Virus record (IMG/VR): IMGVR_UViG_3300011423_000006
Span: 32,001 to 96,000 of that record
DNA from: a virus
Taxonomy: Duplodnaviria > Caudoviricetes
DNA: 64,000 nt
Strand: one strand, 5' to 3'
In this document: one piece after another, positions 46,363-57,600 of the stretch
How positions within the stretch are numbered: position 1 is the stretch's first letter
Layout: each line of letters begins with the position of its first letter
Notes under the pieces: model-generated
What the model saw: only the letters and a program-made list of their open reading frames with translations
Told to the model about the DNA's origin: nothing
The model's database searches: none
Made by a program: the position numbers and the translations under genes

Positions 46363-49002
46363 ATGTTTTTAAATCGTTTTAAAAAATATGATTTTCCTTT
46401 GCTTGGGTATATTAAAATGCCCAAGATTGTCATTGATGAAAAGCAACGTAATCAATTAAATTTATCCCAAAACGCTACTCCCGATGACTATTTAAAAGCT
46501 CTTGTTCATAATGGTTTAAAAGAAAAAATTAGTAGTGGGAAAATTGCCGTCGCAGATTATCAAGAGTATAAAGACCGCGCAGACCATGAATTAAAAATTA
46601 TTTGTGACTTGGGATTTGCAAGTTATATTTTGTTAGTTTACGAGATTTTGCGTTATTGTCGGGAAAACAATATTCTCAATTCTCCCTCGCGTGGGTCTGT
46701 GGGCGGGTCTTTATGTTGTTATTTAACACAAATTACTAAAATCGATCCGATTAAACATGGATTGTTGTTTTCTCGTTTTTTGAGTAGCGACCGCGCCGAA
46801 AAGAAAGAAATTAATGGCGAGATTTATATTAAATCAGATAGTTTGCCGGATATTGATTTGGATAGTGAGCACCGGGGCAAGCCTTTAGTTAAGGCTAAAA
46901 TTGAGGCCATGTATCCCAAGCGAACAGTCGCTATTTCCAATGTTTCCACGTTAAGTTCCAAAGTTTTAATTAAAGAAGTTCTAAAAATTTATTGGGAATA
47001 TTCAGAAACACAAGCCAAAGAAGTTTCTGACATGATCGATAAAACTTTCGGGAAGGTTTCTACTATCAAGAAATCTCTAGAAAATAATAAAATATTTCAA
47101 AAATGGGCGGCGGATAAAAAAGAGATTATTGATATTTGTTGCAAGCTTCAAGATATGACGCGTCATAAAAGCGTTCATGCGGCGGGGGTCTTGTTGTGTG
47201 AACGGCCTATTGAAGAAATGATTCCCGTCGAATTAGATAAAGACGGTAATCAAGTATGCGCCTATGATATGGATAGCGCCCAAATGTTGGGGATTAAAGT
47301 AGATAATTTGGCGGTTATTACTTTGGATATTTGTCACGACTGTTTAACATTAATTGGAAAACCCATTGATTTTATAGATCAAATTGATGTTGAAGACCAA
47401 AGTATTTATGACTATTTATGTTCTAACGAGCATTATTACGGATTATTCCAAGTATCTGAGGGGGTGGGTAAACAAACACTTATTAAAATTCAACCTAAAA
47501 ATATTGACAACATTATTGACTCGATTGCAATTGGCCGTCCGGGTTCATTAGCCTTCATTGATACGTATGTCAAGAAAAGCGCTGATTTATCAAAAATCGA
47601 TCCTAGAGTAAGAGATTTATTAGAGGAAACTCGGGGTATCATTATTTATCAGGAAACGGTTATGAAATTAGCTATTAAAATGGCTGATTTTACCCCACAA
47701 GAAGCCGATAAATTGCGGAAAGGCATCGGGAAGAAGAAAAAAGAAATCATTCTTTCCATGAAGGAAAAATTTATTAATGGAGCCGTTAAAAATAAATATG
47801 ACGCCGAGTTTATTACTTGGTGTTGGTCTACGTTCGAAGCGAGCGCCGATTATTCATTTAATAAATCTCATTCAACGGGTTACGCGTACCTTACCGCGCT
47901 TTCTACTTATTTAAAAGCTAATCATACCAAAGAATACTTTCTTTCTTGTTTAAAGCATATCAAGGAGAACTCTAAGAAAAATACAGTAGAAGCGATTGCT
48001 TTAATTCAGTCAGAATTAGCGTTTTTTGGAATTGAGTTACTTCCGCCTCATATTCTTGATTCTGAACTTGATTTTACTATCGAAGGAAATAATATTCGAT
48101 TTGGGTTGGGACAAATTAAAGGGATTGCCGAAAAATCCATAGAAAAACTAGATAAATTTCGAACCAAGTTTTTAAATAAACTTCAGGTTTTTGAAGCCGC
48201 ACAAGAAGCCGGGATTCCAATTTCTATTTTGAATAGTTTAATTTTAGTTGGAGCCCTAGAGAATAAATTTAGTAGTCGGAGTCGGGTTGTGCTAGAGGCT
48301 CAATTATGGAACGTTCTTTCCGAGAAAGAAAAAAGATATGTGTTTGATAAGGATTTAGGAAAACAATTCGAATATGATGTTATTAGAATAGTAAAACATG
48401 TTCATGCTAACGGGCGCAACGAAAAAGACAAACCTATTATCAGGGATTCACGCATGGAAACGATTCGAACTAAATTTGCACCTTATAAGGCGATGTATGA
48501 ATTTAACAGAAAAAACGAAAAACTGGCTCGTTACTTTTTTGAATATTTATTACTTGGATATTCTTATTCAACAACTTTAAAAGATATTTATAGTAAATAT
48601 GCCTCGGATTTAATTAATATTAGCGAAGTCAAGAATTGCTTTGAAAATGAGTATGTGCATTTTGCCGGGAGAGCTTTAGAAGTCAAAGAGGGAACTAGTA
48701 AAAACGAAAAGAAAACCAAATATCTCGCGTGCGATGTTCAAGATGAAACGGGCGTAACAACTGTTATGTTATTTAATGATAAAATAATAGAACACAAAGA
48801 ACAAAATGAACGCGCTGTAGAAAAAGACGATATTATTGTTGTGCGCGGAAAATGGATGGGAGATAAGGTATTTGCTGATAAAATTGGAATTCAGGACGTA
48901 GAAGTTTTCTTTAGAACCGCCGAAGTCACTAAACATTTAAAAGATCAAAAGAAATCAGTTGTTGCGGAAGCATTAAAGGCTGAAAATGCAGGAACTATAT
49001 AA
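46363..49002 (+). CDS. dnaE: DNA polymerase III alpha catalytic subunit (lacking its N-terminal PHP)
   Basis: RGS.GGSL, F.RFL, PDIDLD, HAAGV, K.D.L, IYQE, FNKSH and IRFGL..IKG motifs, C-terminal OB fold. Confidence 0.95.
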   Translation: MFLNRFKKYDFPLLGYIKMPKIVIDEKQRNQLNLSQNATPDDYLKALVHNGLKEKISSGKIAVADYQEYKDRADHELKIICDLGFASYILLVYEILRYCRENNILNSPSRGSVGGSLCCYLTQITKIDPIKHGLLFSRFLSSDRAEKKEINGEIYIKSDSLPDIDLDSEHRGKPLVKAKIEAMYPKRTVAISNVSTLSSKVLIKEVLKIYWEYSETQAKEVSDMIDKTFGKVSTIKKSLENNKIFQKWAADKKEIIDICCKLQDMTRHKSVHAAGVLLCERPIEEMIPVELDKDGNQVCAYDMDSAQMLGIKVDNLAVITLDICHDCLTLIGKPIDFIDQIDVEDQSIYDYLCSNEHYYGLFQVSEGVGKQTLIKIQPKNIDNIIDSIAIGRPGSLAFIDTYVKKSADLSKIDPRVRDLLEETRGIIIYQETVMKLAIKMADFTPQEADKLRKGIGKKKKEIILSMKEKFINGAVKNKYDAEFITWCWSTFEASADYSFNKSHSTGYAYLTALSTYLKANHTKEYFLSCLKHIKENSKKNTVEAIALIQSELAFFGIELLPPHILDSELDFTIEGNNIRFGLGQIKGIAEKSIEKLDKFRTKFLNKLQVFEAAQEAGIPISILNSLILVGALENKFSSRSRVVLEAQLWNVLSEKEKRYVFDKDLGKQFEYDVIRIVKHVHANGRNEKDKPIIRDSRMETIRTKFAPYKAMYEFNRKNEKLARYFFEYLLLGYSYSTTLKDIYSKYASDLINISEVKNCFENEYVHFAGRALEVKEGTSKNEKKTKYLACDVQDETGVTTVMLFNDKIIEHKEQNERAVEKDDIIVVRGKWMGDKVFADKIGIQDVEVFFRTAEVTKHLKDQKKSVVAEALKAENAGTI

Positions 49003-49705
49003 ACTATATAATCAGGATTTTTTAATTGGAGCGGAGTTGTTGGATGATGAGTCTATTAACTTAATTGTAACAAGTCCCCCCTATAAAGACTCGGATGGAT
49101 TTTCTTATCCTTGGATGCGAAAGATATGGGTAGAAATGAGACGGCTTTTATCAAAGGACGGTTTAATATTTTTGAATTTTGGTCATTTAGCTGAAGATAA
49201 ATTTCGGCCTTTTAAAGTGTGTGAACAAGCTTTGGAATTGGGATTTCAACTTAACGAAACAATTACATGGAAGAAAAATCATTATCGACCGATTCAGGGC
49301 AAGAAAAGACTGAATAATTTAACTGAGTTTATTTTTGTTTTACATAAGGGAAAAATGAGGGATTTGGACCGATTAGCCATTGGAGTTCCTTATAAAGATA
49401 AAAGTAATGTTAAAAGATTCGCTAATGGACGAGATTTAAAATGTCGTGGCAATCATTGGGAAATTAATTATGAAACTATTCAAAATAAAAAGGACAAACT
49501 TCATAATGATCGATTTCCTTTAGAATTGCCTTTAAATTGTATTAAATTAGCGAATTTAAAAGAAGACGATACAATTTGTGATCCGTTTTTAGGAAGTGGC
49601 ACAACTGCTTGCGCCGCAAAGATTTGCAATAAAAAATTTATAGGGTTTGAAATCAATAACAAGAATTTTGAGATTGCTTTAAAAAGAATTCTTGACTTAC
49701 CTTGA
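48986..49705 (+). CDS. N4-C/N6-A DNA methyltransferase (beta class)
   Basis: TSPPY followed by DPFLGSGTT. Confidence 0.92.
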   Translation: MQELYKLYNQDFLIGAELLDDESINLIVTSPPYKDSDGFSYPWMRKIWVEMRRLLSKDGLIFLNFGHLAEDKFRPFKVCEQALELGFQLNETITWKKNHYRPIQGKKRLNNLTEFIFVLHKGKMRDLDRLAIGVPYKDKSNVKRFANGRDLKCRGNHWEINYETIQNKKDKLHNDRFPLELPLNCIKLANLKEDDTICDPFLGSGTTACAAKICNKKFIGFEINNKNFEIALKRILDLP

Positions 49706-49731
49706 GAATGTAGTTATTATTAAAACAGAAT

Positions 49732-49905
49732 ATGAAACAAAAGCGAAATTATACCTTAAACCTGACCGAAGAAACAACTGGAGTTTTCCGTATTGTTTCG
49801 GCGGAAGTATTGCAGCCAATTAATCAACATCGTCAAGTTATGCGGCGTGTTGATGCGAGAGATTTAGCTCGCAAGATTAAACGCGGGAATGTAACAGCCA
49901 AGTAA
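49732..49905 (+). CDS. small basic protein (57 aa)
   Basis: MKQKRNYTLNLTEETTG...; promoter TTGACT-17-TATTAT at 49692-49720; below the ORF-track cutoff. Confidence 0.65.
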   Translation: MKQKRNYTLNLTEETTGVFRIVSAEVLQPINQHRQVMRRVDARDLARKIKRGNVTAK

Positions 49906-49913
49906 TTTTAAAT

Positions 49914-50525
49914 ATGCCATTGTCATTTTTTAGTCCAAAATCTACCGGAAAAGGCGCGGCCCTTTATGTTTCCTTTAATTCCAAGGATGCGGCCCTTTAT
50001 TTTAAATTGATTTCCCAAACAGGATGGGACAACAACACGAAGCAAGGTTCTTTCAAAAACGGAACAATTATTAATGTAAAGTTTTCCTTGGATGAAATTG
50101 GAAGCTTTATTCATGCAATTCGTACCAAGAAAAAGGCAAATTTCTATCATTCCTTTGGAGAGGAAAATTGTAGCGGTAGTTTGAGTTATTATTTGATTAA
50201 GGCTCAAAAAGAAGGGGATACAGATAAAGACGGTTTTGGGATTCAAATTAAAAAGGGCGAATTGACTTATCAAGTTGGTTTAACGACCGGTTCGGCAGAA
50301 AAGTTAATGGAATATCTCAGGTTTGCTTTGGATCATATCTTTTCAGCTATTTACGCTGCTGATAAGAAGCAAGCCGAGGAATTTGCAAGGGCAAAAGAAG
50401 AAACGGCGGCGGCTCCCAAGAAGCTCGCTGCTAAAAAGCTTACGAAAGCGGCTCCAGAACCAGAGCCCGAAGCAGAAGAAACGGAACAAGAGCCAGAGCA
50501 GGAAGAAGCGTCGGTTGATTTTTAA
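49914..50525 (+). CDS. putative ssDNA-binding protein (PC4/Whirly-like duplicated beta-beta-alpha units)
   Basis: two beta-rich repeats ending in helices; acidic tail ending SVDF, like an SSB C-terminus; next to the replication genes. Confidence 0.55.
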   Translation: MPLSFFSPKSTGKGAALYVSFNSKDAALYFKLISQTGWDNNTKQGSFKNGTIINVKFSLDEIGSFIHAIRTKKKANFYHSFGEENCSGSLSYYLIKAQKEGDTDKDGFGIQIKKGELTYQVGLTTGSAEKLMEYLRFALDHIFSAIYAADKKQAEEFARAKEETAAAPKKLAAKKLTKAAPEPEPEAEETEQEPEQEEASVDF

Positions 50526-50571
50526 AATTTCTTTCTAAAGGAGAGTTCAGTCGATTCGTTGTTGCGTGAGT

Positions 50572-50605
50572 AAAGGCCGGTCTTAATTGACCGGCTTTTA
50601 TTTTT
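50572..50605 (+). terminator. intrinsic terminator
   Basis: AAAGGCCGGTC-TTAATT-GACCGGCTTTT followed by a T-tract. Confidence 0.85.
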
Positions 50606-50648
50606 GTTTTTTTAGATTATTTATTAAAATAATCATATTATATAAAGG

Positions 50649-52559
50649 ATGCGAAAGAAAACAGTTGTCATAAATACAGACTTTCCTTTATTAAAGACGG
50701 GTTTAGGACGTAATGGGCGCGAATTGGCTAATTATCTATATAAAACCGGGAAATATAATATAGTCTATTACGCTTGCGGAACAACTTGGGACTCTCCCGA
50801 TTACGCTCGATTTCCGTATAAAATTGTTGGGGCATTGCCAAATACCCAACAGGAAATTGACCAGTTAGCTCGCGACCCCGGACAAGCAAGAGCAGCGTCT
50901 TACGGCCTTTATTATATTGATCGGGTTATTCAAGATTTTAAACCTGATGTTTTAATTACTTCTAATGATAGTTGGGCAAGTCAGTCCTTTTTAGATAAAA
51001 TGTGGTGGAATAAAATTCATGTTTTGCCTCATATTACTTTGGATTCTTTGCCGTTTTTGACAGACCAAGTAAAGTATATTCAAAATTCTAAACAATTCTT
51101 TGTATGGGCGGATTTTGCCGAAAAAGAAGCAAAACGACTTGGATTAAATCAAGTAAAAACTTTAAGTGGGATTGTTGATTCCAAACATTTTTGCAAACTA
51201 GATAATTATAAAAAAAGAAGTTTACGCACTAAATTTAAACTTCCCGAAGATGCTTTGATTTGTGGCTTTGTATTTCGAAATCAATTGCGTAAAGAAGTTA
51301 AACCCTTGATGGAAGGATTTAAACTACATCTAGATCAAGGACACAAAAAATCCTATTTACTTTTACATACTCATTTTACCGAGCCAATGGGGTGGGATAT
51401 TCCAAGATTTTGTCAGGAATTAAAAATCGATCCACAATATGTATTAACTACTTATGTTTGCAAGCGTTGCCATAATTACGAAGTCAAACCATTTGTTGGC
51501 CAAGATATTAAATGTAATTGCTGTGGCGAGGAAAAAGGGCAAACAACTTGTAATGTAAGTAATGGAGTTACCGAGCCGGAACTTAACGAAGTTTATGGGT
51601 TGATGGATTGTTACTGTCATTTATTGAATGCCGGGGGGCTTGAAATGCCATTGGTTGAATCGCTTTACGCCGAATTGCCTTTAGCTACCGTGGGCTATTC
51701 ATCGGGAGAAATGTTTACAGACCAAGCGTTTGTCTATCCGATTAAATTTACAACTACCGTCCAACATGGGACGCAATTCATTCGCGCCGTTCCTCAACCC
51801 GAGTCTGTTTGTAAATTTCTAAATAAAATTTTCGAAATGGACGAGCAAAAACGAGCCGAACTAGGACGACAAGGACGAGCATGGGCAACTAGTAAATTTT
51901 CTGTTGAAGTGATCGGGAAGCAATGGGAAGCTGTTATTGACGCCTTACCCGAGCATAATTGGGATTTTAATTTTACGATTCAGGCCAAAAACCCAAATGC
52001 GGTTATCCCTGAAATTTCCGATGATAGTTTATGGTTAATTACGTTATACAAGGAAATCTTGAATATGACCGTAGACGGGAATGATGACGGGCATAAATAT
52101 TGGACGCAAAGACTAAAAAACGGCGAATCAAGACAAACCATTGACAATTATTTTAGACAAGTCGCGGCCCAAGAAAATGGTAAAAACCAACCAGTAGATT
52201 TTGGCGAAACATTAGATAAAAATGATAAAAAACGAGTTTTATGCGTTTTGCCCGAATCAATTGGAGATATTGTGTTAGCAACATCTTTATTTAAATCTAT
52301 CCGAGAAAGATATCCGCGCCCGGAATGGACGTTTTATTTTGCTACCAAACCAGAATATTTTGAATTATTGGACGGTAATCCGTATCTTGATAAAGTAATT
52401 CCATATCTCCCTCAAATGGATAATTTAGTGGCAATGGAGGGGCAAGGAGGCCACAAAGGATATTTTGACGTAGTTTATCCTATTCATGCGGGAACTCAGC
52501 GATTTTTGAACTATTTACATAATGGGACAGATAAACACGATTTACAATTAACTTATTAA
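50649..52559 (+). CDS. multidomain glycosyltransferase (GT4 with Cys-rich insert, plus GT9 N-terminal domain)
   Basis: TG.GR, RNQLRK, CxxC/CxxC insert, GGLEMPLVE; C-terminal ESIGDIV...NPYLD. Confidence 0.85.
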   Translation: MRKKTVVINTDFPLLKTGLGRNGRELANYLYKTGKYNIVYYACGTTWDSPDYARFPYKIVGALPNTQQEIDQLARDPGQARAASYGLYYIDRVIQDFKPDVLITSNDSWASQSFLDKMWWNKIHVLPHITLDSLPFLTDQVKYIQNSKQFFVWADFAEKEAKRLGLNQVKTLSGIVDSKHFCKLDNYKKRSLRTKFKLPEDALICGFVFRNQLRKEVKPLMEGFKLHLDQGHKKSYLLLHTHFTEPMGWDIPRFCQELKIDPQYVLTTYVCKRCHNYEVKPFVGQDIKCNCCGEEKGQTTCNVSNGVTEPELNEVYGLMDCYCHLLNAGGLEMPLVESLYAELPLATVGYSSGEMFTDQAFVYPIKFTTTVQHGTQFIRAVPQPESVCKFLNKIFEMDEQKRAELGRQGRAWATSKFSVEVIGKQWEAVIDALPEHNWDFNFTIQAKNPNAVIPEISDDSLWLITLYKEILNMTVDGNDDGHKYWTQRLKNGESRQTIDNYFRQVAAQENGKNQPVDFGETLDKNDKKRVLCVLPESIGDIVLATSLFKSIRERYPRPEWTFYFATKPEYFELLDGNPYLDKVIPYLPQMDNLVAMEGQGGHKGYFDVVYPIHAGTQRFLNYLHNGTDKHDLQLTY

Positions 52560-52565
52560 AATATT

Positions 52566-53750
52566 ATGCATTTGGTAGAACGCTATTCGTTAGATTCTTC
52601 TTCTAAAATTGATAAACCATTTATTTATCAAAAATTTTATCCTTTGGTTGTAGATAAATTCATTACTTTTCAGCCGGTTTCTAAATATGGGTCTAAAAAT
52701 TACGATTATTGGGCCGATGTATTATTTATTTTAGAGCCAATTTTAAAGAAAAGCGGCATTCAGATCGTCCAAATTGGAGGCCCTAACGAAAAAGGATTCG
52801 ATGGGATTTATCAAACCCAAGGACAAACCAATTTAGGTCAAGTTAGCTATATAATAGACAAGGGGCTGTTGCATTTGGGGGCCGATTCGTTCGGAACTCA
52901 TATGGCAAGTTATTTAGATAAAAAAATTGTTACTATTTATTCTAATAACTTTGTTGAATGTGTTAAGCCTTATTGGGGCGATGCAAATAATCATATTTTG
53001 CTAGAGCCCGAACGTAATGGCCAAAAGCCAAGTTTTTCCGCCGAAGAAAATCCTAAAACAATTAATACAATCAAACCCGAAAAAATAGCCGAAGCAGTTT
53101 GTAAATTGCTTAACTTGGATTATGATTACCCCTTTGAAACGGTATATCACGGAGCCTTTTTTACTCAACCCAAGATGTTAGAAATGGTTCCTGATTTTGC
53201 CGTCAATGTATCTAATTTAGGGGTCGATACAATTATTGCTAGAATGGATTTTAATTTTGACGAAACTATTTTGGCTAATCAATTAAGAGCTTCTAATTGC
53301 GTCGTGGTTACAGACCGGCCTATTTCTGAGTCCTTGATTTTACAATTTCGCGATAGAATTAAGCAAGTTGTTTACGATATCAAAGAAAATAATGATCCAA
53401 AATTTGCAATGTTTTTGAATAAAATGGGTATTAATTTCGGATTAATCAGCACGTTACCCGAAGAAACATTGAATAAATTTAAATTAGATTATTTGGATAT
53501 TGGTTTGATTCATAGAAAAGATGTTCCTCAAAAAATTGAGCATACTACTTTTAGTCATTTGAATATCAAGGACTTATATTATCGAACTAATAAAGTTACA
53601 TTGGGGCGTCAAAAAATTTATAATTCAAAAGCTGCATGGTTAACTAATGTGCCGAGCCCGAATTTTGTTCCCGCTTTTATGCCCGCCATTGATTCCCCGG
53701 CGTTTTTTGAAGAAATCGATTATTTATATATTGTTAAAATAAAGAATTGA
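52566..53750 (+). CDS. GT9-like glycosyltransferase
   Basis: K.YDYW, VQIG, HLGADSF..H.A and I..IKPE motifs. Confidence 0.8.
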   Translation: MHLVERYSLDSSSKIDKPFIYQKFYPLVVDKFITFQPVSKYGSKNYDYWADVLFILEPILKKSGIQIVQIGGPNEKGFDGIYQTQGQTNLGQVSYIIDKGLLHLGADSFGTHMASYLDKKIVTIYSNNFVECVKPYWGDANNHILLEPERNGQKPSFSAEENPKTINTIKPEKIAEAVCKLLNLDYDYPFETVYHGAFFTQPKMLEMVPDFAVNVSNLGVDTIIARMDFNFDETILANQLRASNCVVVTDRPISESLILQFRDRIKQVVYDIKENNDPKFAMFLNKMGINFGLISTLPEETLNKFKLDYLDIGLIHRKDVPQKIEHTTFSHLNIKDLYYRTNKVTLGRQKIYNSKAAWLTNVPSPNFVPAFMPAIDSPAFFEEIDYLYIVKIKN

Positions 53751-53788
53751 CTTGGGTTTTAAAATAAGCTATTATTAAAATAGATTTT

Positions 53789-54538
53789 ATGGACAAACCT
53801 TTTGTGACGACATTGAATGAATTCGGGTTGGTTGCCGGTCAAACTTATATTTTTAAAGACGAGGGGCGGCGGGTTGATTGGCGAGCTATGATTCCTGCTG
53901 AATATTTAGTTCCTAATAAACAAAATTTCGAAAAACGTGGCGAAAAAATCCCTCAAGATATCAAGGGAATTGCAGACAAGGATTTGCTGATTCTTTTAGA
54001 TGGGATTAAATACGTTGCGGATTTACGCGGATTCGAATCTGTAACCTATAATTTCAATTCTAGCCCCGAGCATTGTACCGCAAGTTGCACTATTGTTTGG
54101 TCCCCTAATTTTGAAACGCGTAACCAAGCCAAGACCTTTACCGGCATGGGAGACGCTAATTTTAGTAATACTAATGGTTTTGGTTCTAAATTTTTAGGCC
54201 CCATTGCGGAAAACAGAGCATTCGTGCGGGCGGTTAGAAATTTCTTGCGTATTCCAATTTTGGGTAAAGATGAAGTGGACGGAGTAACCGCTCAAGAACC
54301 AACAGAAGATAGGTCTATTAATCAAGAAATTGCGAAAATGCAAAAAGAATTATCAAATTTAATGGCAACAAATTCCATTAATTTTGAAACAATTAAAAAT
54401 AAATTAGTAGAAGAAGGGGTTCCTCAAGCCGAAAGTTTTACTTCTGTAGAAGATTTTCCTAAAGCTATTTTGATTAGTCTCGTTCAACGTCTTCAAAAGG
54501 TGAAAAAGGTAAAAGCCAAAACTAAAGTTAGCGCTTAA
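53789..54538 (+). CDS. Rad52/Sak-like ssDNA annealing protein candidate
   Basis: G.GDA...N......IAENRAFVRAVRNFL; promoter TTGACT-17-TATTAT at 53747-53775. Confidence 0.55.
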   Translation: MDKPFVTTLNEFGLVAGQTYIFKDEGRRVDWRAMIPAEYLVPNKQNFEKRGEKIPQDIKGIADKDLLILLDGIKYVADLRGFESVTYNFNSSPEHCTASCTIVWSPNFETRNQAKTFTGMGDANFSNTNGFGSKFLGPIAENRAFVRAVRNFLRIPILGKDEVDGVTAQEPTEDRSINQEIAKMQKELSNLMATNSINFETIKNKLVEEGVPQAESFTSVEDFPKAILISLVQRLQKVKKVKAKTKVSA

Positions 54539-54573
54539 TTTTCCGTGAGTCAGTAAATCAAAAACATATATAG

Positions 54574-54606
54574 TAGGCCGGGGCCATATCCCCGGCTTAT
54601 TTTTTA
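54574..54606. terminator. terminator between convergent genes
   Basis: GCCGGGG-CCATAT-CCCCGGC hairpin with a T-tract on the plus strand. Confidence 0.8.
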
Positions 54607-57600
54607 TGCTAGTTTAATATAAGAGATGTGACTTTCTTTAGAAATAATTAATGGCTCTCCCCCGCCCGAATCATCGGCCCCGCTATGTAAAGCATATGGT
54701 TGCACGTTGATAGGACCAGTTAAAGAAGCAATTGTTCGTAATATATATTGGTCGTTAGCTTGTCGGAAAGGAGTAATTGTATTCGCAACATCGGCGGCGG
54801 AAGTAGTATCTCTAAATTTTACAAAGATATGGCTACAAGTTGAACCGTGAGTTGTGCCAAATATAAAATCAAGTAAATAAGTAGCCGTTCCTGCCGGAAT
54901 ACTTAAAATTGGGCTATTAGAACCAAATGCTACTGCGGTCCATGTTGGTGCGCTTGTTCCGTCCCCGCCAAAAGGAATAGTAAAATTACTTCCCCCGCCA
55001 TAAGTGATAGCAGAAGTATTATCAACTCCCGCCCCCGAAACTCCCGAAGTCCCCGCTGTTCCACTTGTGCCCGAACTTCCTGAAGTGCCATTTGTTCCAT
55101 TCGCCCCGCCCGCGCCGGTTGCCCCCGTCGCGCCGGTTGCGCCAGTTGCCCCCAAATCTCCTGTTCTTGAAAAAGAAATTATAATATTTTCATTATTAGC
55201 AAAAAATCCATCGCTACTTGATACATAAGTTACGTTTAATTTAATATATCCAGTTGCGCTTGTATTGGCGGCAGTTATATTAAAAATAACAAAAACAGTA
55301 GGATCAAATTCACGATATAAACGAATGCTACCTTTGATTGTCGAGGTACTATCGTCTAAAGCCGCTATCCAAGAGCTTCTAATATCGGTGCCGTCTTCGT
55401 TTTCATCGTCAATATAAATTTGAGTTACGTCAGTAGAAAAATCTACGTCATTAAATCTTAAAAATCCACTTCCGGGGTCGCTATCAGTGATTGAATCACT
55501 AAATTGATATTTTTGACTATTGCCACCAAAGACTCCATTTTGTCCTGACGTTCCAGATGTACCAGATGCTCCAGAAATTCCAGATGTTCCCGAAGTCCCG
55601 CTTGTGCCCGAACTACCCGAACTACCCGAACTACCTGACGTTCCTGATGTTCCCGATGCCCCCGAAACACCCGAACTACCAGAGCTTCCAGATGAACCGT
55701 TAAATGGAGCGATTGTAGGTGTGCTAGAAATTGTTGCGGTAACATCGGTAGATAAAAATTCAAGTTTCCAATTTCCACTCAATAAATTTTGGTTTAACCA
55801 ACCAACAGAAACTTCCGTTAAAGCAATTTTAGGATAATGCCATACTGTGCCAGTCGTTCCTAATAAAATATGATAATTTGGAATTACCATATTAGTCCCA
55901 CTATAAGCAAATTGCACGCCACTAAAAGGAGCACTACCACGAATAGAAGCAGAAGTGTTAAACCATCCTGTACTTCCTACGTCAGCATAATTATATCCCC
56001 CCAACATAATATCCCATGCGCCTTGGCCCGCCGCATAAGTATATCCTTGCAAACGTATATTCGACATGTTGAACCGCGTACCACTTGGAAAGGTAAGCAT
56101 ACAATATCCCGTTATAGGATTTGTTGTCCCAAAAGTGTCACTGGATATTCCTGTTAAATTTTCGTAACGCCAAAAACCATCGGCTCCACCTAGTTGAGTT
56201 ACTTGCTTTTTATGGAAAAGAATATCGCCCGCTTCTTCTGTTATTGGGGCGTCTCCGATGGCGTCTCCCGAAGTAAATTTAACTAAACGATTAACAGTAC
56301 CACTAATAACAGGATTTAAATCCCTTGACGCTCTAATATTAGATAAACTAGGAGACAAACTATTAACTTCTCGTCCGATATTTTCGTTACTACGATAATA
56401 AAGGCATCCAGTAACATTTTGAATTACATATAAACTATTTTGGGTAGGAACAGTTTGATTATCTCCTAATTCATTATTTAATAGCCAAATTCTATCGGCG
56501 TTTACCATCACAACAGAACTTGAAGCGGTACTTTGTCCATTATTAACAATTCGATTGTTTTTAATTGTCGTTTCCCCGGACATGGTAGTATTGATTAATC
56601 TTATACCGTCTAATTTGGCTTTTTCAATTATACTATTTTCAATACTTACTTTATGAGTAGGATAAATTGGATTAGAAACGGCAAGAGAAAGAATTCCATA
56701 ATTTAAAGCATTTTTAATATTTAAATTTCTAAATTCTGTGTTTTCAATGCTACGATAAAATAAAATTCCAGCAGTATCAGACACCAACCCATCAACGATA
56801 AAATTCTTAACTCCAGTGGTATTAGAACTATGATAATAAGCGTATATTGCGCCCACGCCTGTTAAACTGCTTTTAACAACTTCGTTCTTAAAAATAAAAC
56901 TTACATTACTATTTGCAGGAGCGCCAATTATTCCAAATTGAACCGCCGATGTAATTGACGTACCAGTAAAAGTATTTAAATTATAAGTGTTATTGCTGAA
57001 AACGGCTTGGCCCGGACGAATATTAGTTGATCTTGCAAATGCACTTACTAATCCATTATCGAAATTACGGCTCGCGTAAAAATTATTATTAGAAATTTTA
57101 AAATTAGGACCGCAATTTTCAGTGAAAGTAAAACAATAACTACTATCATTAAAATTCCCAACATCTGAATTTGAAAGCGTTCCGTTGTCGCCGCCAAATC
57201 CTACGCCACCGGGAATAATACATTGATCGACTTTATAATGTTCGCTATTTCCGTGAAAATCTAATGCATATCCAATCCCAACGTTGCTAAGATGACATTT
57301 ATCAATTAAAATATCACGATTTACAACACAACCATATCCGGTTGCCCCACCAAATGAAATTACATGACGAGTTGTTTCTCCGTGACAGTCTGTAATAAAT
57401 ACTTTTTGAGCATTACCAATAGCAAGACCATAGTTGTTTCCAACACTAGGCTGAGAATCTAAAAATCGGCATTTTGAAAAATGCAAATTATAGCCTCGAT
57501 CAACATAAATATTAGCATATTGACTATCCGCGCAATGGACATTATCAAAAACTACGTCTTCAACACAAGATAATTGCATTCCCGCTATTGAGGCACCCAA

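Noticed and set aside
50565-54550. CGTGAGT upstream of two GGCCGG-containing terminators (50565, 54544)
   Set aside because: Only a 7-mer in two places; could be chance.
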